64,000 bases of DNA from Propionibacterium sp. (GTDB lineage: Bacteria > Actinomycetota > Actinomycetes > Propionibacteriales > Propionibacteriaceae): assembly GCA_012517965.1 (NCBI GenBank), contig JAAYTZ010000078.1:20885-84884 (forward strand), in the 5' to 3' direction. The notes below the pieces were generated by a model. That model searched no databases. It was not told where the DNA came from and saw only the letters and a program-made list of their open reading frames with translations. Shown here in pieces: positions 60,252 through 64,000 of the stretch. The position numbers were made by a program, and so were the translations under genes. Positions within the stretch are counted from its first letter, which is position 1. The number at the start of each line of letters is the position of its first letter.

Positions 60252-61571
60252 ATGAGTCCACGCAGGATCGTCATCCTCGGCGCGGCCGGACGCGACTTCC
60301 ACAACTTCAACGTCTGCTACCGCGACAACCCCGCCTACGACGTCGTGGCGTTCACGGCCACCCAGATCCCCGACATCGCCGGTCGCCGCTACCCGGCCTC
60401 GCTGGCCGGTTCGCGGTACCCCGACGGCATCCCCATCGTCGACGAGTCCGAGCTGACCGACCTCATCGGCCGCGAGCGGGTCGACGAGGCGGTCTTCTCC
60501 TACTCCGACGTCGCGCACGAGCGGGTCATGCACCTCGCCGAGCAGACCATCGCCGCCGGCGCCGCGTTCAGCCTGCCGGGCGGGCGGCCCACGATGCTGG
60601 CGGCCACGAAGCCCGTCATCGCGGTCACGGCGGTGCGCACCGGGGTGGGCAAGTCCCAGACCTCGCGCTTCTTGGTGCGCCTGCTGAAGGACCTCGGCGT
60701 CCGCGTCGTGTCGGTGCGGCACCCGATGCCGTACGGCGACCTGGCGCGGCAGGCCGTCCAGCGGTTCGCGACGCACGCCGACCTCGACCTTCACGAGTGC
60801 ACCATCGAGGAGCGCGAGGAGTACGAGCCGCACATCGACGCCGGCTTCGTCATCTACGCGGGCGTCGACTACGAGGCGATCCTGCGGCGGGCCGAGGCGG
60901 AGGCGGACGTCATCCTCTGGGACGGCGGCAACAACGACCTACCGTTCTACGTCCCCGCGCTGCACATCGTGCTGGCCGACCCGCTGCGGCCCGGCGACGA
61001 GGCCCGATACCACCCGGGGGAGGCCAACGTCCGGATGGCCGACCTGATCATCGTCAACAAGTGCGACTCGGCGACGGCCGAGCAGATCGAAGCGGTCGAG
61101 GCGTCCTGCCGCAGCCTCAACCCGCGGGCCCGCATCGTCCGGGCCGACTCCCCGGTGACCGTCGAGCACCCCGAGGTCGTCCGCGGCAAGCGGGTCGTCG
61201 TGATCGAGGACGGCCCCACGCTCACCCACGGCTCGATGACCTACGGCGCGGGCGTCGTGGGCGCGCGCGCCGCCGGTGTCGCCGAGATCGTCGATCCGGC
61301 CCCGTTCGCGGTGGCGTCGCTGGCCGCGACCTACGCGCAGTACCCCAACGCGCGCGGCATCCTGCCCGCGATGGGCTATGGGGAGGCGCAGATCCGCGAC
61401 CTGGAGGCCACGATCGAGGCGGTCGACTGCGACGCCGTGGTGTCCGGGACGCCGATCGACCTGACCCGCGTCCTGTCTGTCACCAAGCCCATGGTGCGCG
61501 CCCGCTACGAGCTGCGGGAACAGACCCCCGGAGTCTTGGCGGCGGAGGTGCGGCGGATCCTGGGTCGTTGA
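60252..61571 (+). CDS. Cyclic 2,3-diphosphoglycerate synthetase-like P-loop protein (COG2403-type predicted GTPase)
   Basis: GAAGRDFHNFN, QIPDIAGRRYP, AVRTGVGKS, RHPMPYG, TIEEREEYE, WDGGNND and VIEDGPT. Confidence 0.75.
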   Translation: MSPRRIVILGAAGRDFHNFNVCYRDNPAYDVVAFTATQIPDIAGRRYPASLAGSRYPDGIPIVDESELTDLIGRERVDEAVFSYSDVAHERVMHLAEQTIAAGAAFSLPGGRPTMLAATKPVIAVTAVRTGVGKSQTSRFLVRLLKDLGVRVVSVRHPMPYGDLARQAVQRFATHADLDLHECTIEEREEYEPHIDAGFVIYAGVDYEAILRRAEAEADVILWDGGNNDLPFYVPALHIVLADPLRPGDEARYHPGEANVRMADLIIVNKCDSATAEQIEAVEASCRSLNPRARIVRADSPVTVEHPEVVRGKRVVVIEDGPTLTHGSMTYGAGVVGARAAGVAEIVDPAPFAVASLAATYAQYPNARGILPAMGYGEAQIRDLEATIEAVDCDAVVSGTPIDLTRVLSVTKPMVRARYELREQTPGVLAAEVRRILGR

Positions 61572-61589
61572 CGGACGCCGGCGCGCGGC

Positions 61590-62414
61590 TCACACGTCGT
61601 AGTCGACGACCACCGGCGCGTGGTCGGACAGCCGCAGCGCGGCGTCGGCCTCCCGGTCGGTGCCGGCGGCGACCGCGGTGCGGGCGAGCCCCGGTGTGGC
61701 GAGCTGGTAGTCGATGCGCCAGCCGACGTCGGCGGCGAACCGGCCCGGCAGCCAACTCCACCAGGAGTTGGGCCCCGGTTCGCCGGGCCGGACGTGCCGG
61801 ACGACGTCGACGAGGGTGCGCGGGCCGAGCAGGCTGCCGAACCACGCCCGCTCGTGCGGCAGGAACCCCTCCATCCGCCCGGAGGTTCGCCAGCGGGTGA
61901 GGTCGAGCTCGGTGTGGGCGATGTTGAAGTCGCCGAGGACGGCGAGCTCGCGCCCGGTCCGGACGGCGTGGCGGCGGGCGCGGACGAGGTACGCCCGGAA
62001 CGCCCGCATGAACGCGACCTTGCGGGCGTACTTGGCGGGGTCGGCGTCCGGTCCCGCGTGGGTGGCGCCCTTGGGTAGGTAGAGCGAGCCGAGGGTGAGC
62101 GGCGGGTGCCCCGGGGCGTCCAGGTCGATCTCGAGGTAACGGCCGTGATCGTCGGTGGCCCGGTGGCCGAAGCCGGCGCGGACGGCGGTCGGCGGCGTCC
62201 GGGTCAGGAACGCGACACCGTTGCGGCCCGCGAGGACGCCCGGGTGATAGGTGAGGTGGTACCCGGCGGTCGCCTCGGCGGGCACGAGCGCGGCGGGGCA
62301 GCGCACTTCCTGCAGGGCGACGACGTCGCAGTCACGGGCGGCCAGCCAGTCGCCGAAGCCGCGCCGGGTGGCCGAGCGGATGCCGTTGACGTTGTGGGAG
62401 GCGATCCGGAGCAC
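61590..62414 (-). CDS. xthA: Exodeoxyribonuclease III / AP endonuclease
   Basis: IASHNVNGIRSA, LQEVR, GDFNIAH, WRIDYQ and SDHAPV. Confidence 0.9.
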   Translation of the reverse strand: MLRIASHNVNGIRSATRRGFGDWLAARDCDVVALQEVRCPAALVPAEATAGYHLTYHPGVLAGRNGVAFLTRTPPTAVRAGFGHRATDDHGRYLEIDLDAPGHPPLTLGSLYLPKGATHAGPDADPAKYARKVAFMRAFRAYLVRARRHAVRTGRELAVLGDFNIAHTELDLTRWRTSGRMEGFLPHERAWFGSLLGPRTLVDVVRHVRPGEPGPNSWWSWLPGRFAADVGWRIDYQLATPGLARTAVAAGTDREADAALRLSDHAPVVVDYDV

Positions 62415-62435
62415 GGACGTCCAGGACCCGGCAGG

Positions 62436-62927
62436 TCAGCGGTAGTTCGTGAACTGGACCGCGAAGTCGTAGTCCTGTCCCCTGATGAGCGCCTGGCAGC
62501 GCTGCAGGTCGTCGCGGCTCTTGCTCGACACCCGCAGCTCGTCGCCCTGGATCTGGCACTTGACGCCCCGGGGGCCCTCGTCGCGCAGCAGCTTGGCGAT
62601 CTTCTTGGCGTTCTCCTGGGAGATGCCCTGCTGGAGGGACGCGGTGATCTTCCAGAGCTTGCCGGACAGGCGGGGATCGCCCGCGTCGAGCGACTTGAGG
62701 TCGACCTTGCGCCGGACGAGCATCGTCTTGAAGACATCCAGGACCGCCTTGACCCGTTCCTCGCCGCTGGCCTCCATCTCGATGCGGTCGCCGGACTTGC
62801 GGATGGCGGCGTCGGTGCCCTTGAAGTCATAGCGCTGCCCGACCTCTTTGGCCGCCATGTTGAGCGCATTGTCGACCTCCATCTGGTCGACCTTGCTCAC
62901 GACGTCGAACGAGCTCTCGGCTGCCAT
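62436..62927 (-). CDS. yajQ: YajQ family nucleotide/c-di-GMP-binding protein
   Basis: [34 protein letters not shown] and VQFTNYR. Confidence 0.93.
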   Translation of the reverse strand: MAAESSFDVVSKVDQMEVDNALNMAAKEVGQRYDFKGTDAAIRKSGDRIEMEASGEERVKAVLDVFKTMLVRRKVDLKSLDAGDPRLSGKLWKITASLQQGISQENAKKIAKLLRDEGPRGVKCQIQGDELRVSSKSRDDLQRCQALIRGQDYDFAVQFTNYR

Positions 62928-63014
62928 GTCTCTCCTGATCAGGGATTCTCCACTCGATTGGGCATGAGCCCGGGGGAGTTGCTAGTCTAGTCCACCGCTG
63001 GGACCCACCAGCAC

Positions 63015-63099
63015 GGCAGGTTGCCCGAGTGGCCAAAGGGAGCGGTCTGTAAAACCGTCGGCACAGCCTACGTAGGTTCGAACCCTACACCTGCCACCA
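63015..63099 (+). tRNA. tRNA-Tyr (GTA), CCA encoded
   Basis: Acceptor stem GGCAGGT/ACCTGCC, anticodon loop CTGTAAA, long variable arm, GGTTCGAACCC T-arm and ACCA end. Confidence 0.95.
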
Positions 63100-63101
63100 C
63101 G

Positions 63102-63126
63102 CGAGCCCGGCCCCCGGCCGGGCTCG
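63102..63126 (+). terminator. Hairpin downstream of tRNA-Tyr
   Basis: 11-bp stem CGAGCCCGGCC / GGCCGGGCTCG with a 3-nt loop. Confidence 0.65.
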
Positions 63127-63228
63127 TCGCATGTTCACGGGTCCGAGGTGCTCCGCGACCGGACGCCCCCGGTGTCCGGCCGCGGGCCGGGAGTCGGGTC
63201 GTCGGAGCGGCCCGGCACAATGGTGCCC

Positions 63229-64000
63229 ATGACCCCGACCGACCTCGGACTGCTGACGCTCGCGCTCTTCGCCTGGGTGGTCGTGGCCGTGCTCCACGTC
63301 GCGGGTCGCACGCTGCACCACGACGAGGTGTTCACCGACGTGACCCCGGGGGTGATCCCGCCGCAGCCGGCCCGCGCACCGCGGCACCGGCTGCGCGGGG
63401 CGTCCCCGGAGTACGACGGCGAGATCGCCGTGGCCTTCGCCCCGCCGCGCGGGCTCAAGCCCGGGCTCGTGGGCACGATCGTCGACGGGCGGGTGGACTC
63501 CTACGACCTGACGGCGATGCTGGTCGACCTGGCCGTCCGCGGGCACCTTCGGATCACGGCCGTGCCGTTGGCGGGCGAACTGAGCCCGGCCCGGCGCCAT
63601 TTCGCGCGGCGCGACGCCGAGCCACCCAGGACCGACTGGGTGCTGACTCGGTCCGACGAGCACCCCTACGACACGCTCGACGAGCTCGAGGAGGGCCTTC
63701 TGGACGGCGTGTTCCGCGGCCGCGCGGAGATCCGGTTCTCGCAGCTCGACCACCCGGCGCTGCTGGCGCTCCGCGAGACCCAGGTGGGTCTCTACCGCGA
63801 GGTCGTGCGGCGCGGCTGGTATCCCCGACACCCCCAGCAGCGGGGGCGGAGCGGGTGCGCCCTGATCGCGTCGGGCGCCGTGCTCGCGGGCCTGTTCGTC
63901 CTGGTCAGGCCGACGTGGGCGGGCGCACTGTCGGCCGTCCTGCTGCTGGCGGCCTCGGTGCTGGCCACCCGGGCGCTGCGCGGCCGGACGCCGCGGACGG
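63229..64000 (+). CDS. DUF2207-like membrane protein lacking the N-terminal extracytoplasmic domain, 3'-truncated by the window edge
   Basis: Not in the ORF track because it runs off the window. Translation is MTPTDLGLLTLALFAW...AFAPPRGLKPGLVGTIVDG...LTAMLVDLAVRGHLRI, paralogous to 2707-4512. Confidence 0.75.
   Translation, partial: MTPTDLGLLTLALFAWVVVAVLHVAGRTLHHDEVFTDVTPGVIPPQPARAPRHRLRGASPEYDGEIAVAFAPPRGLKPGLVGTIVDGRVDSYDLTAMLVDLAVRGHLRITAVPLAGELSPARRHFARRDAEPPRTDWVLTRSDEHPYDTLDELEEGLLDGVFRGRAEIRFSQLDHPALLALRETQVGLYREVVRRGWYPRHPQQRGRSGCALIASGAVLAGLFVLVRPTWAGALSAVLLLAASVLATRALRGRTPRT

Noticed and set aside
63015-64000. tRNA-Tyr as an integration site for a genomic island
   Set aside because: No integrase, no duplicated tRNA 3' end in the window and no compositional shift. 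A terminator and a host-like DUF2207 paralogue follow.

Overview
High-GC actinobacterial chromosomal segment. Gene content and order (men genes, a geranylgeranyl-reductase-family gene, nuoA-N, polyprenyl synthase, korAB) suggest Propionibacteriaceae; this is inference from gene order and protein style. Most of the window is core metabolism: a menaquinone cluster (menE-A-C-D, menG, menF, MenJ-like reductase, polyprenyl synthase), a complete 14-gene NDH-1 operon, hisI-hisG, thrC, ahpC-ahpF-oxyR, a 2-oxoacid:ferredoxin oxidoreductase, mptB, xthA, yajQ and tRNA-Tyr. An FMN riboswitch precedes a two-gene RibX/RibY-like transporter. I found no CRISPR array, integrase, transposase or prophage gene. 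The most unusual locus is at the left edge: a 5'-truncated Ser/Thr-kinase/LanC-cyclase fusion with an intact CCG-type zinc site, no visible precursor, transporter or protease, and a tightly linked DUF2278-lamin-tail gene. Other oddities are a RecB-like nuclease with apparently degenerate catalytic residues coupled to menG, a histidine kinase fused to a second degenerate sensor module, a hisI-hisG pair that does not look actinobacterial, an OxyR lacking its resolving cysteine, a Tat-lipoprotein serpin and an orphan cDPG-synthetase-like P-loop protein. All family assignments come from motif recognition by eye; no database search was run. Most long ORFs in the supplied track are GC-rich shadow frames.
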